Source: Phormidesmis sp.
GTDB taxonomy: Bacteria; Cyanobacteriota; Cyanobacteriia; Leptolyngbyales; Leptolyngbyaceae
DNA length: 64,000 nucleotides
Reading direction: 5' to 3'
NCBI GenBank assembly: GCA_965248535.1
Contig: CBDFJR010000005.1
Coordinates: 1,056,001-1,120,000 of the forward strand
Made by a program: the position numbers and the translations under genes. Shown here piece after piece: positions 52,906-62,885 of the stretch. The notes under the pieces are model-generated. The model ran no database searches. It worked only from the letters and a program-made list of their open reading frames with translations, and was not told where the DNA came from. The number at the start of each line of letters is the position of its first letter. Within the stretch, counting starts at the first letter, position 1.

Positions 52906-54504
52906 TTATCGCGCAATCTTGACCGGAGTTCGGTTTGCCCGCACGTCAAATGCAGCCGACTCGACGATCGAGCGCCCCGTCATTTCAGTCGGCTGCGGCA
53001 GCTTGAGAATATCCAAAATGGTTGGCGCGATGTCTGCTAACCGACCATCTTCTCTGAGGGAAACGTCTGTTCCATGTCCAGGAATCTTCAGCCCCTCCCC
53101 TTCTACCAGAATAAAGGGCACCGGGTTGGTGGTGTGAGCCGTCCAAGGATTGCCGTTTTCGTCCCACATCAGTTCGGCGTTGCCGTGGTCGGCAATGATA
53201 ATAGCTGTGCCACCAGCGCGATTTACCCGTTCTAGGAGGCGACCTAAACAGCGATCAACGGCTTCTAGAGCCGTGACGGTTGCATCCATTTGCCCCGTGT
53301 GCCCTACCATGTCAGGGTTTGCATAGTTGATGACCACGAGAGAATAGACGCGCTTTTCGATTGCCCCGATCGCCACATCGGTCACTGCCTCAGCCGACAT
53401 AGCCGGAGCGCTATCGTAAGTCATCACCATCGGACTCGGCACCAACTCTCGATCTTCACCGGGGAACGGCTCTTCTAAACCGCCGTTAAAAAAGTAAGTG
53501 ACGTGAGCATATTTCTCAGTTTCTGCGGCTCGAAATTGACGTAGCCCATTTCGAGAGATGACTTCGCCCAAAATATTGTTGAGATTCTGCGGCTCAAAGG
53601 CGACTAGAACCGGAAGTGAGGGATCGTACTGGGTGAACGTCACCAACGGTAGGGGGCGAATCTGTTCACGTTCAAAGCCCTTGAATTTGGGATCGGCCAG
53701 AGCCTGGGTGAGTTGACGCGCTCGATCGGGACGGAAGTTAAAGAAAATCACGCCATCGCCAGGCTCTAGGGCCCCCGGTGCAATGCGAGTCGGGATCACA
53801 AACTCATCGGTTTTGCCTGCGTCGTAGGAAGCTTGCAAAACCTCTAAGGCCGATCGACCGTCACCGTCTCCATCGTGGGTCATCACGTCATAGGCCAGCT
53901 TGACTCGCTCCCACCGATGGTCGCGATCGAGGCTGTAATAGCGACCGCTAAGGGTGACGATGTGACCTGTGCCGATACGATCGCAATAGTCTTGCAGTCG
54001 TCGAATTGCGTCTGCCCCTTCGGTCTGCTGCGTGTCTCGCCCGTCAGTAATGGCATGAATGCACACATTTTCAAGGCCTTGCTCTTTGGCCAAATCGAGC
54101 AACCCAAACAGATGACTGAGATGAGAATGCACCCCCCCGTCTGAACACAAGCCGACCAAGTGCAGTTTTCCGTGATTGCGCTGCACCTCCTGGCAAACCT
54201 TGACCAGGTTGGGGTTGCTCAACAAACTGCGATCTTCCACTGCATCCGAGATGCGCACTAGCTCTTGAGGCACGACCCTACCAGCACCAATGTTGAGGTG
54301 CCCGACTTCTGAGTTACCCATTTGCCCGTCAGGTAACCCGACATCTTTGCCAGCCGTGCGAATTAAGGTGTGGGGGTAGGCAGCCCACAGGCTGGTCATC
54401 ACAGGCGTTTGGGCGGCAGCAATGGCGTTCCCGTCTGTTTCTTCGCGGTAACCCCAACCGTCTAAGATGATCAGCACTACAGGAGAGACAGTCACCTGGG
54501 ACAT
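52906..54504 (-). CDS. gpmI: 2,3-BPG-independent phosphoglycerate mutase
   Basis: LIILDGWG, MGNSEVGH, NPDMVGH, ADHGN. Confidence 0.97.
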   Translation of the reverse strand: MSQVTVSPVVLIILDGWGYREETDGNAIAAAQTPVMTSLWAAYPHTLIRTAGKDVGLPDGQMGNSEVGHLNIGAGRVVPQELVRISDAVEDRSLLSNPNLVKVCQEVQRNHGKLHLVGLCSDGGVHSHLSHLFGLLDLAKEQGLENVCIHAITDGRDTQQTEGADAIRRLQDYCDRIGTGHIVTLSGRYYSLDRDHRWERVKLAYDVMTHDGDGDGRSALEVLQASYDAGKTDEFVIPTRIAPGALEPGDGVIFFNFRPDRARQLTQALADPKFKGFEREQIRPLPLVTFTQYDPSLPVLVAFEPQNLNNILGEVISRNGLRQFRAAETEKYAHVTYFFNGGLEEPFPGEDRELVPSPMVMTYDSAPAMSAEAVTDVAIGAIEKRVYSLVVINYANPDMVGHTGQMDATVTALEAVDRCLGRLLERVNRAGGTAIIIADHGNAELMWDENGNPWTAHTTNPVPFILVEGEGLKIPGHGTDVSLREDGRLADIAPTILDILKLPQPTEMTGRSIVESAAFDVRANRTPVKIAR

Positions 54505-54757
54505 AAACAACGTCCTTCTAATGAATAATTTCTTCCGCAAATCATACCACTGGGATCAAGATCCTTGAAACGGCTCACCTTCGGTACATTCATTCTTTAT
54601 AAAGAGTGAATTTGACCACGCTAGCTTGAAGGGGAGGGCATCTCGATCACCAATCTGGCTGTTGATTAACTGCTCTAGGCGAACGGGCATTTGATTGCCC
54701 TATTCACCCATCAGATCTCAACGCTTTAAAGTGAATTGCCTTCTCTTTGTAGCGAAA

Positions 54758-56476
54758 TTAACGGCTCTTTTGGGTTTTCTTAGTCTTTTCTTTCTCTTTC
54801 TGTTTTTCTCGCTTTGCTTCAACTTTCGCGGCTTTCTCGGCTTCGATCGCGTCTAACTGAGCTTTCTCTTTTTCTTCAGCGACTTTATCGAGATAGTAGT
54901 GATAATCGCCGCGATAGAGCCGCAGTTCGCCATCTCGAATCTCGACGATTTTGTTGACGGTCTGAGAGATGAAATAGCGATCGTGGGAAACGATAATCAC
55001 GCTGCCGTCATAGTTCTGAATCGCTTCTTCCAGCATTTCTTTAGCAGGAATATCAAGGTGATTGGTCGGCTCATCTAGAATCAGCAGATTGGCGGGTTGG
55101 AGCAGCATTTTTGCCAAAGCCAATCGGGCTTTTTCTCCACCACTCAAGGCTTCTACCTTCTTAAAGACCGTATCGCCACTGAACAAAAATCGGCCTAACA
55201 GCGTCCGAACTTCTTCATTCGTCCATTTAGGAACTTCGTCGTGAATGGTTTCGATCACCGTTCTGTTTAGATCAAGCGCTTCTGCCTGGTTTTGCTCAAA
55301 ATAGCTGGGGATCACGTTATGATCCCCTAACTTAATGCTGCCATCGGTCGGCTTTTCTGCGCCTGTAATCAGGTGTAGTAGGGTCGATTTGCCTGCGCCA
55401 TTGGGGCCCAGAAAGGCAATGCGATCGCCGCGCTCAATCAGCAAATCGGCTCCTAAAAACAGAATTTTCTCGCCGTAGGTGTGAACCAGGTTGTCAATCA
55501 TCACCACTTCTCGTCCACTGCGAGGGGCGGGTGGAAAGCGAAAATGCAGCCCTCGCACGTCACTATCGGGTGCTTCAATCCGCTCGATTTTGTCTAGTTG
55601 TTTTTCGCGGCTTTTTGCCTGGGTGCTGCGGGTGGCGCTAGCCCGGAAGCGATCGACAAAAGTCTGCTGTTTCTCTAACTCTTTTTGCTGACGCTCAAAG
55701 GCGCTCATCTGGGCATCGCGCTGTTCTTGTTTTTGCAGCAGGTAGGTGGAGTAGTTGCCGAGATAGGTGGTCGAAACGCCGCGCTCGGTTTCAACAATTT
55801 GGGTGCAGAGTCGATCGAGAAACTCGCGGTCATGAGACACAATCACCATCGGAGTTGACAACCCTTTGAGGTAGGTTTCTAACCACTCGATCGTTTCGAG
55901 ATCTAAGTGGTTAGTCGGCTCGTCGAGCAGCAGCAAATCGGGCTTTTGCAGCAGAATTTTGCCTAAACTCATTCGCATTTGCCAGCCACCACTAAAGGCG
56001 CTAACCAAGCGATCCCCGTCTTCGATCTCAAAGCCCAACTCCGGCATGATCTTCTCAATTCGAGCGTCTAAGCCATAGCCGTCCAAACCTTCAAATCGTC
56101 GTTGCAGCTTGTCCATTTTGTGGATCAGCTTGTCTAACTCTTCAGGATTGGCGGTCTCCATGTCGCGATGCACCTGAGTCAGTGCGTCGTGAACATTGTT
56201 TGCCTCGCCAAAGGCGCGCCAAAATTCTTCTCTGACAGTGCGGGTGGGATCAACTTCAAATTCTTGCGTCAAATAGGCGATGTGCAGACTAGCCGGACGG
56301 ATGACTTCTCCGGTGGTCGGCTCCATTTCGCCCGCGACGATTTTAAGCTGGGTCGATTTTCCTGCCCCGTTGACCCCGACCAAGCCGATGCGATCGCCAA
56401 CTTTGACCTCCCAATTAATATCTTTCAACACTTCGCCAGTCGGATAGATTTTGCTGACGTGTTCGAGTCGCAACAT
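54758..56476 (-). CDS. ABC-F family ribosome-associated ATPase
   Basis: Two ABC domains with DEPTNHLD and no transmembrane segments; start taken at MLRLEH. Confidence 0.93.
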   Translation of the reverse strand: MLRLEHVSKIYPTGEVLKDINWEVKVGDRIGLVGVNGAGKSTQLKIVAGEMEPTTGEVIRPASLHIAYLTQEFEVDPTRTVREEFWRAFGEANNVHDALTQVHRDMETANPEELDKLIHKMDKLQRRFEGLDGYGLDARIEKIMPELGFEIEDGDRLVSAFSGGWQMRMSLGKILLQKPDLLLLDEPTNHLDLETIEWLETYLKGLSTPMVIVSHDREFLDRLCTQIVETERGVSTTYLGNYSTYLLQKQEQRDAQMSAFERQQKELEKQQTFVDRFRASATRSTQAKSREKQLDKIERIEAPDSDVRGLHFRFPPAPRSGREVVMIDNLVHTYGEKILFLGADLLIERGDRIAFLGPNGAGKSTLLHLITGAEKPTDGSIKLGDHNVIPSYFEQNQAEALDLNRTVIETIHDEVPKWTNEEVRTLLGRFLFSGDTVFKKVEALSGGEKARLALAKMLLQPANLLILDEPTNHLDIPAKEMLEEAIQNYDGSVIIVSHDRYFISQTVNKIVEIRDGELRLYRGDYHYYLDKVAEEKEKAQLDAIEAEKAAKVEAKREKQKEKEKTKKTQKSR

Positions 56477-56625
56477 GAGGGAGGCTCCAGAGAATCGGGT
56501 GAGAATTGTGAAATCGTAAGTAAATCTTAACAAACGCTGGCTCGATCAAACGGGATTCGATCGGGCGAATCTTAGCAAATCATGATCTGTTGATTGGGAA
56601 TCTTGCGTTGTTTGCAGGGTCTTGG

Positions 56626-56650
56626 GGGCACGGCGATGCCATGCCCGTAC
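56626..56650. repeat. REP-like palindrome
   Basis: GGGCACGGC-GAT-GCCATGCCC followed by GTAC, just downstream of the ATPase operon. Confidence 0.45.
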
Positions 56651-56688
56651 TCAAGGGAAATAAAGGGAAAAAGGGGAGGGCTGCGGGT

Positions 56689-57981
56689 TTAGATATCGGG
56701 TTCTTCGGCGATCGTGAAGAAATCAGCCTGTTCTTGCAATGAGGCTTCGAGTAGGTCGGTCGCGCCCAAGTTGACGCTTTCTTGATAAAGATAAGCGATG
56801 TCTAACGCTTCTAAGGTTGCCCGAATATGGGTGCGAATGGGTTGACTGCCGATCGCTTGAATCAATTCAGCAACATCTAGTTTTGCATCCCAAGCGTAGG
56901 ATACGCCGTGAAGTTTGACTAGATGATTGAGTAACTGAATCAAACTAGTAGTTTCTAGGGGGCGAATCGTGGGACAAGTTGACCCGATCGCAGTCTCAAA
57001 GAAATTTTGCATCACCGGGCCCGCATCGGTGCCAAATTTCTCGCTCGCTAACTCAGGAATTTGGCTACGATCGTTCTTGGCGCTGGGCGTACTGGTGCCG
57101 CTAAACCAAACATCATTTCGCAAACTAGAGGCAACCACTCCGAAGGTGTAAATCGGATAGGGATTCTCGCAGAATAATTCTTGCTCTCCATCTCGGCGCA
57201 CGGGGCGATCGCTCCAGTTCAGCAACCAATTGAGATTGCGATAGGCCTGAAGCCGTCCGACTTTGCCGAGTCGCCCGATTAATTCGACCTCATCGAGCAA
57301 CAGCACCCAACCTTTGTAGCCGCACAGCGCGATCGCGTCTGCCATCACGCCAAAATAGGCGCTGCCGTGCTGCGTAGTGCGAAAATTCATCTCAAATTTG
57401 GGCAACGACTCGCCTCGGCAGTTGCGATGAATGCGCTTCAGTTCGGGGCTGGTGATCCGCGTGCCCATCAAGTCGCCGTAGAGCAGATCCTGTTCTTCGC
57501 CAGAGGTGAAAAAATAGTCTTCCAAGACGATTTCTGGGAGAGGATGACTGTAGCGATCGCGCTCCGCAAGGCGGCTGTTGAGCAAATCTCCCGCTTTTTT
57601 AGAGCTTAACGCTTTGGTCAATCCTGCCAGTTTAGAGTCAGGTGTGCGAAGCACCGAAGCGACTCGTCCATAAAAGTTAAGCAGGTGATGACAAGACACT
57701 TCCCGGCTGAGAGAAACTCGACTAACGGCAAATCCCAGATCCAGCGCGACGTGTTCAACCGTGGTCAGGGCATGGGTTTTTCCTTGTCCGTAAGGCCCCC
57801 AAGCCAGCCGTCCTACAGGACGTTTGCCCTGAGAGAACTGCTCCAGATCCTGTCGAATCAGGTCGGTTAAAGATTCTCGCAGATCGGGCAACTCTCGCGT
57901 AGAGGTGCGGGTGGGAATTCCAGCCCGAAGCGACTCGACAACGGCGATCGCCTTTCTGCGATTAGCGTCATATCGTTCCAT
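56689..57981 (-). CDS. BrxD/DUF2791-like P-loop ATPase
   Basis: VVESLRAGIP, GPYGQGKTH, GYKGWVLLLDEVE. Confidence 0.8.
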   Translation of the reverse strand: MERYDANRRKAIAVVESLRAGIPTRTSTRELPDLRESLTDLIRQDLEQFSQGKRPVGRLAWGPYGQGKTHALTTVEHVALDLGFAVSRVSLSREVSCHHLLNFYGRVASVLRTPDSKLAGLTKALSSKKAGDLLNSRLAERDRYSHPLPEIVLEDYFFTSGEEQDLLYGDLMGTRITSPELKRIHRNCRGESLPKFEMNFRTTQHGSAYFGVMADAIALCGYKGWVLLLDEVELIGRLGKVGRLQAYRNLNWLLNWSDRPVRRDGEQELFCENPYPIYTFGVVASSLRNDVWFSGTSTPSAKNDRSQIPELASEKFGTDAGPVMQNFFETAIGSTCPTIRPLETTSLIQLLNHLVKLHGVSYAWDAKLDVAELIQAIGSQPIRTHIRATLEALDIAYLYQESVNLGATDLLEASLQEQADFFTIAEEPDI

Positions 57982-58029
57982 CGCGGTCTACCTCAAAAAT
58001 TTGGAACAGGATGTTTTGATGCACTCGAT

Positions 58030-59211
58030 TTATCCGTCGCTTAGTGCCATTAGCGTTGCGCCAATCACGTTGGCTCGAAGTTGGCTATAGCCATCCAAAG
58101 TCGGGAGATCGCGATCGACCACCTGAAATCCGGCTTCTTGAAATAATCGCCGCAGTCTCATCTGCACCGCCTGCGGAAAGCCTTTACCGTTAGCAACGAG
58201 ATGGCTATCCGTATCTACAATGTCGGAGAGCGGATTGAACTTCTCGATCGGCAGCAGACCCGTTTGTAATCTCATCCATAACGCTTCGTAGCTTTTGAAG
58301 CCGCGCCGATCGTCGTCAATCATCTCGCGCCGACCCGCCAGCAGCAGCAAAAAATGATCCAGCAGTTCGACATCATCAATAATCTGGCGAAACAGTTCGC
58401 AGGTGTCTTTAATGGCGTTGGCGGTATATCGAAAGCGGCGAGTTTCAGGATGGCGCTCGGTCATGACTTCTAGATCGTCGATCGCTACCACCAACCCCGT
58501 CATGCCCGCCAGATGCAGTAGCCGGATTAAGGAATTTAACCAGTAGCGGGCGTTTGGTTTTTGCAACCGTTCGTAAAGCAACGTCGATTGCTTTTGGTGT
58601 CGCTCTAGCTTCTCGCCAGACAGCCACTTTAACGCCAGCCGAACGCTGTCTTCATTGCCGCTGATCAGTCGATTGCTGATCACGCTGTAGGCAAACGCCC
58701 TAAACGATGAGCCAAAGTCAACATCTCTGAGGGTCAGCCCGATCGCTCGTTTGATCTCATGCACTGCTAAATCGCGAGTCAACCCCTGATCTTCAATCAG
58801 CAAAGACAGAATCTGATCGCTGTCGTCATATTGCCCATAGCCCAGTTTTTTGGTGACGAGTTGGCATAGTCCACTTACCAACCGCTCTTTGTCAAGTTGT
58901 TGCACGATCGCCCGATAAAACCCTGGCAAGTCGTTGAGGCGATAGTCTCGTGCTGAGAGATAGACGGTTTGATAATCCTGCGTTTGGGCATCTTGCAGCC
59001 CAGAGCGCAGCAGATGTGTTTTGCCTGTGCCCACACCGCCCACCAGCACTTTGACCTTGCTGCCACCATCGGCAATGTAGTTAGTTAAATAGTGTTCGCG
59101 AAGATAATCGAGCCAGCGATCGCGCCCCAAAGTCATTCCCGTCAAAAGCTCTTGATTGACCGGAGGCTGACCCGACAGCAATGCTTCAATATCCAGTTCG
59201 TCGATCTGCAT
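58030..59211 (-). CDS. BrxD/DUF2791-like P-loop ATPase
   Basis: GGSKVKVLVGGVGTGKTH, LKWLSGE, GMTGLVVAIDDLE, GFKSYEALWMRL. Confidence 0.82.
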   Translation of the reverse strand: MQIDELDIEALLSGQPPVNQELLTGMTLGRDRWLDYLREHYLTNYIADGGSKVKVLVGGVGTGKTHLLRSGLQDAQTQDYQTVYLSARDYRLNDLPGFYRAIVQQLDKERLVSGLCQLVTKKLGYGQYDDSDQILSLLIEDQGLTRDLAVHEIKRAIGLTLRDVDFGSSFRAFAYSVISNRLISGNEDSVRLALKWLSGEKLERHQKQSTLLYERLQKPNARYWLNSLIRLLHLAGMTGLVVAIDDLEVMTERHPETRRFRYTANAIKDTCELFRQIIDDVELLDHFLLLLAGRREMIDDDRRGFKSYEALWMRLQTGLLPIEKFNPLSDIVDTDSHLVANGKGFPQAVQMRLRRLFQEAGFQVVDRDLPTLDGYSQLRANVIGATLMALSDG

Positions 59212-59219
59212 CGGTCGCT

Positions 59220-60023
59220 CTATGCCTCTTCAACTAGATGAATCGCCAGGGTGCTGACTCGGCTTTCTTGCCCTTGACTATTGACCAGCAAAAAGCTGCT
59301 GGACTGGTTACGAGAGGGTTCTAGCTCAAACTGATAGCGATCGTAGCGAATCTCGGTCTGTTCTTTGAGTCGCGCTAGATCGTAGATAAATAGTGGCTCA
59401 GGATAGTCTTGCTTAGTAGATTGCTTGAGCGTCAAGAGGCGATAGATGTCTTTGAGCGGCACAGATTGCCCCCACACCACCTCTTCTTTTTGCAGCATCA
59501 GCCGATTTAGCATTTCATAGGGGCTGAGTAGCTCTCGACAAAAGCGGCCCGCGTCAAATTTGCTGTCAATCACTCGTCGATATTGTCCGGCAACCCAGGG
59601 CGCTAACTGCTCAGGGGCAAAGGCTTTGATCTGCTGCGATCGCCGCCCCATGCTCAACTTCACCACGCCCTGATCGTGGCTAAACGTCAGCTTAAAGGGC
59701 GGAAACTCGTAGGTTGGAAACTCGCCCCTGACGGGAATTCCGGCTGCTTTGAGAGCACTCTCTAACTCCGTTGGGTAGTCATCAGACGAGACAAAATCTT
59801 GATCGGCTTGCAGCGCCTTGCGGATCACGGTTTGTTGGTCAGCCCAGCGATCGCCTAGCCTGCCTATTTCGTCTGTCAACACCTCTAGCGTTTGAGTCGA
59901 GGTTTTGAGATCCCATTCTTTGCGAGATTTCTTGACCGCAGCCCACACTTTGATCAGGCGCTTTAAGGCAGCATCAATCTCACTTAAAGCCAGTTTTTCT
60001 GATGCACTATCGGACGATTCCAT
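59220..60023 (-). CDS. Hypothetical protein, first gene of the ATPase operon
   Basis: 267 aa, RBS-like sequence upstream, 8-nt gap to the next gene; coiled-coil-like N-terminus. Confidence 0.8.
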   Translation of the reverse strand: MESSDSASEKLALSEIDAALKRLIKVWAAVKKSRKEWDLKTSTQTLEVLTDEIGRLGDRWADQQTVIRKALQADQDFVSSDDYPTELESALKAAGIPVRGEFPTYEFPPFKLTFSHDQGVVKLSMGRRSQQIKAFAPEQLAPWVAGQYRRVIDSKFDAGRFCRELLSPYEMLNRLMLQKEEVVWGQSVPLKDIYRLLTLKQSTKQDYPEPLFIYDLARLKEQTEIRYDRYQFELEPSRNQSSSFLLVNSQGQESRVSTLAIHLVEEA

Positions 60024-60075
60024 GACTTGGAGGAGTTAGAGAATTGAATTCTCCCTATCGTATCGCACAGTTGAG

Positions 60076-60426
60076 CTACCCACCCTCAAAACTACTCGGC
60101 TCCAGAACAAAGAGACCCTCTGAATCTGGCTCAAAATCTACAACATCCACCACGGCATCAAGATTTAACTCGCCATATAAGTGAGGGAATTGTTCGCCGC
60201 CCTCCAACCCTTCGTACTTAATTTCGGACTGCACTTTAGCCGGATCGATGCAGAGCAAGACCAGCGATCGTTGACCCCGATAAAACGAGTTGGCCACCCA
60301 AACCACTTGTTGAGTCGTTGAGCAGTGAATAAATCCCTCAGAGTCTAATGACGCACAGCGATAGACTCCCGTTTGCTTGGCGTTTTGCCACTGCTGATTA
60401 GAAGTGATGTGCAAAATCCAACTCAT
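60076..60426 (-). CDS. DUF952 domain protein
   Basis: SLDSEGFIHCST and FPHLYGELN. Confidence 0.92.
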   Translation of the reverse strand: MSWILHITSNQQWQNAKQTGVYRCASLDSEGFIHCSTTQQVVWVANSFYRGQRSLVLLCIDPAKVQSEIKYEGLEGGEQFPHLYGELNLDAVVDVVDFEPDSEGLFVLEPSSFEGG

Positions 60427-60460
60427 GGCGATGACGAGAGCGTTTCTCTAGGGGTCATCG

Positions 60461-60637
60461 CTAATTAACTCCGCTCAGTTGCCCAGCGACAGCATGGAGT
60501 TGCGGGTTAAGGATAGGCAGAGAAAAGGCGTGAAACCCGGACAGCCCAGGATTAACCTCTGATTTGGGGCTACCCATACCTGCCAGAAGGCTCAGTAGTA
60601 GGGTGATAGCTGCGGCTTGAAGGAGTCTTTCTAGCAT
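60461..60637 (-). CDS. Small putative exported protein, 58 aa (not in the ORF track)
   Basis: Manual translation MLERLLQAAAITLLLSLLAGMG...; GAGG upstream. Confidence 0.5.
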   Translation of the reverse strand: MLERLLQAAAITLLLSLLAGMGSPKSEVNPGLSGFHAFSLPILNPQLHAVAGQLSGVN

Positions 60638-60885
60638 CTCCGACCTCTCGATTCCAGGAACTTGTTGATGTGCGATCGCGCTTTGTCAGTGATTCTACCC
60701 AAGTCAGTGATCTTACTTAAGTAGGATGCGATCTACATATCCTTTAGCTTCTTCTATTTGAGGGAAAGAGGCTGTGACCGCTCTCACTTCGTCAAAAAAT
60801 TTATCATTCCCTTACATTCCAGGGTAGTTAAAGGAAGGGAACGCGATCGCCCCCCTCCAAGCGCCGCCAGATCACAGACCCCTGT

Positions 60886-61347
60886 TCACGCAGCATTGCA
60901 CCGAATCTCAATCAAAAACCCATCTGGGTCATAAAAGTAGATGCCCCGTCCCGTCGGACGGCTCACCGGGCCGTGATCGATGAGAATCTGATTTTGGTTG
61001 AGAACGTCAACCGCCTGATCAAAAAACTGAGGCGCAATATCAAAAGCGAGATGATTGGCGCGAGTAAACTGCTGGTTGGGGTCAGGGTGAGGCGGAGACA
61101 AGTCTGGCTCCCAAAATAAATCAAGAATAGTGTCATCGGGCGTTTTAAAGTTCGCCACTTTTCCGGCGGCGACTTCTGCCTTCAGGGTTTCGGGCACCTC
61201 TGCCCCCGTTAATTCATGCAGCCCTAGGATTTTGCCGTAGAAGTGCCGTGACCTTTGCATCTCTTTGACGTTGAGGGCAATGTGATGGACGCGACGCAAA
61301 CAGCCCAAGGGCAAAGCCGTGTTGAGAGAAGGAGAACTGGAAAGCAT
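60886..61347 (-). CDS. VOC/glyoxalase family protein
   Basis: HHIALNV..NHLAF..YFYDPDGFLIE; start taken at MLSS. Confidence 0.9.
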   Translation of the reverse strand: MLSSSPSLNTALPLGCLRRVHHIALNVKEMQRSRHFYGKILGLHELTGAEVPETLKAEVAAGKVANFKTPDDTILDLFWEPDLSPPHPDPNQQFTRANHLAFDIAPQFFDQAVDVLNQNQILIDHGPVSRPTGRGIYFYDPDGFLIEIRCNAA

Positions 61348-61588
61348 AAAAGTTTTAACGCTCACTACTCTCTTTTTTAGCGCGAGATGTGAAGCATTTA
61401 TCAAGTTTGCAGTCTAGAAGAGCCTTAACGTTCATCCTAGGGCGGTGATTTAATACCAGAAATTCTACGCTTGAAGTCTAAGCACTAAAAATGCTAGGAG
61501 TAGGGGCGAATATTCTCGTTGAGGGAAAAACTTTCCTAGAGATAGATGTTTCTACTTTACAAAAACTTTATACTGTTGCACAGTTAAT

Positions 61589-61604
61589 TGTATCGACTAC
61601 TACA
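61589..61604. promoter_or_regulatory. Putative NtcA binding site
   Basis: TGTA-TCGACTAC-TACA, a perfect GTA-N8-TAC. Confidence 0.55.
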
Positions 61605-61622
61605 AATAAACTCTAGATACTC

Positions 61623-62885
61623 ATGCCAATTTTTGGACTTGTTTGGGTAGCCTCCTGGTTTGGCTCCTTTTCATCGCTAACAGAAAAAGTGTTTGAAGCG
61701 CCTCGATATCTCTCGCACGTTTTCTTTAGCCAGCCCGCTTTGACTCCTGACGATTTTTCTCGTGACTCTGAAACGGACTCTCCGTCCATTTCATCATCGC
61801 TAGTTGAGAGACTCAATTCTAAATTTAGCCTGATCAGCGATCGTGCCATTCACTCCCCCTCATCGCCTACTGTTTGGCTGGGCGTGATCGAAACTCTTCT
61901 ATTGACTCCCGTCTCTCAGCCCATGAGCTACTCTCTAGCGCTGAGTCAGAGTGTGCATGGTCATGCCATCAGCCTCAATGAAGCCCCCGTTAGCCAACCT
62001 AACGGAAACCCACTCAATTATTTGCTGGGAGTGGTGCAAAACTTCTTCTGGGCAGTTCCTCCGGGCATCGCAGCCCCCGATTTTGCCCATCCAGCACCGT
62101 CTGTGGTCGTGATTCAGTCAAGCTCTGACAACCCGACAAGCCAGATAGATATGAAAGCTGGCTATTGGCGATGCGCCGCCTGGCAAGAGCCAACCCCCTC
62201 ACAGTCTGCGTCGGGGAGCTTTCAGATCTGGGTAAAGGGCTGTTTAGTGGCAGAAGTCACTGAGCGATCGACGGCTGACAGTCTGGCAGAAAGCCTCACC
62301 CGTTTGTTGGGAAACCCTGACTTAGATGTGTCTCAACTGACTCCTGGTTATGACCAAGATTTGCCGATCGGCAAACTGGGCGATCGCGTGGTGTTCAAAT
62401 TCGATCGTGACCTAGCGGCTCAGTTTGATCGGCCTGCTGAACTGGTAGCCATCGATTGGGTAAACAATTTACGCATCGCCCTAGGGCGCGACCCTCTCTC
62501 AATGGCAGATGCTCAGATCAGAATGCACAGCCTACAAGACACTGGCAGCAGCATTGGGGGGTTAGCCTCTTGGTATGGCCCTTATTTCCACGGGCGACAA
62601 ACGGCAACGGGTGAGATTTTTGATCAAAATGAGTTGACAGCAGCCCACCCTTCTCTCCCTTTTGGGACGTTTTTGAAAGTGACTAACTTGCTCAACGGCA
62701 AAAGTGTCGTCGTGCGAGTGAACGATCGCGGCCCTTATTTCGACAATCGCATCTTAGACCTATCCAACCGGGCGGCTCGCTGCATTGGTAGCGATGATCA
62801 GGGTGTCGTGCCGATCGAAGCTGAGATCATGCTGCCAAAAACAATCACCCGTGCATCCTCAGGTCAAGAGATGGCAAAGCTCTAA
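61623..62885 (+). CDS. rlpA: Septal ring lytic transglycosylase RlpA family protein
   Basis: GLASWYG..TATGE..AAHPSLPFG..VRVNDRGP..DLS; start uncertain. Confidence 0.9.
   Translation: MPIFGLVWVASWFGSFSSLTEKVFEAPRYLSHVFFSQPALTPDDFSRDSETDSPSISSSLVERLNSKFSLISDRAIHSPSSPTVWLGVIETLLLTPVSQPMSYSLALSQSVHGHAISLNEAPVSQPNGNPLNYLLGVVQNFFWAVPPGIAAPDFAHPAPSVVVIQSSSDNPTSQIDMKAGYWRCAAWQEPTPSQSASGSFQIWVKGCLVAEVTERSTADSLAESLTRLLGNPDLDVSQLTPGYDQDLPIGKLGDRVVFKFDRDLAAQFDRPAELVAIDWVNNLRIALGRDPLSMADAQIRMHSLQDTGSSIGGLASWYGPYFHGRQTATGEIFDQNELTAAHPSLPFGTFLKVTNLLNGKSVVVRVNDRGPYFDNRILDLSNRAARCIGSDDQGVVPIEAEIMLPKTITRASSGQEMAKL

Noticed and set aside
56689..60023. Calling the ATPase operon a complete BREX system
   Set aside because: No pglZ, pglX, brxC or helicase in the window
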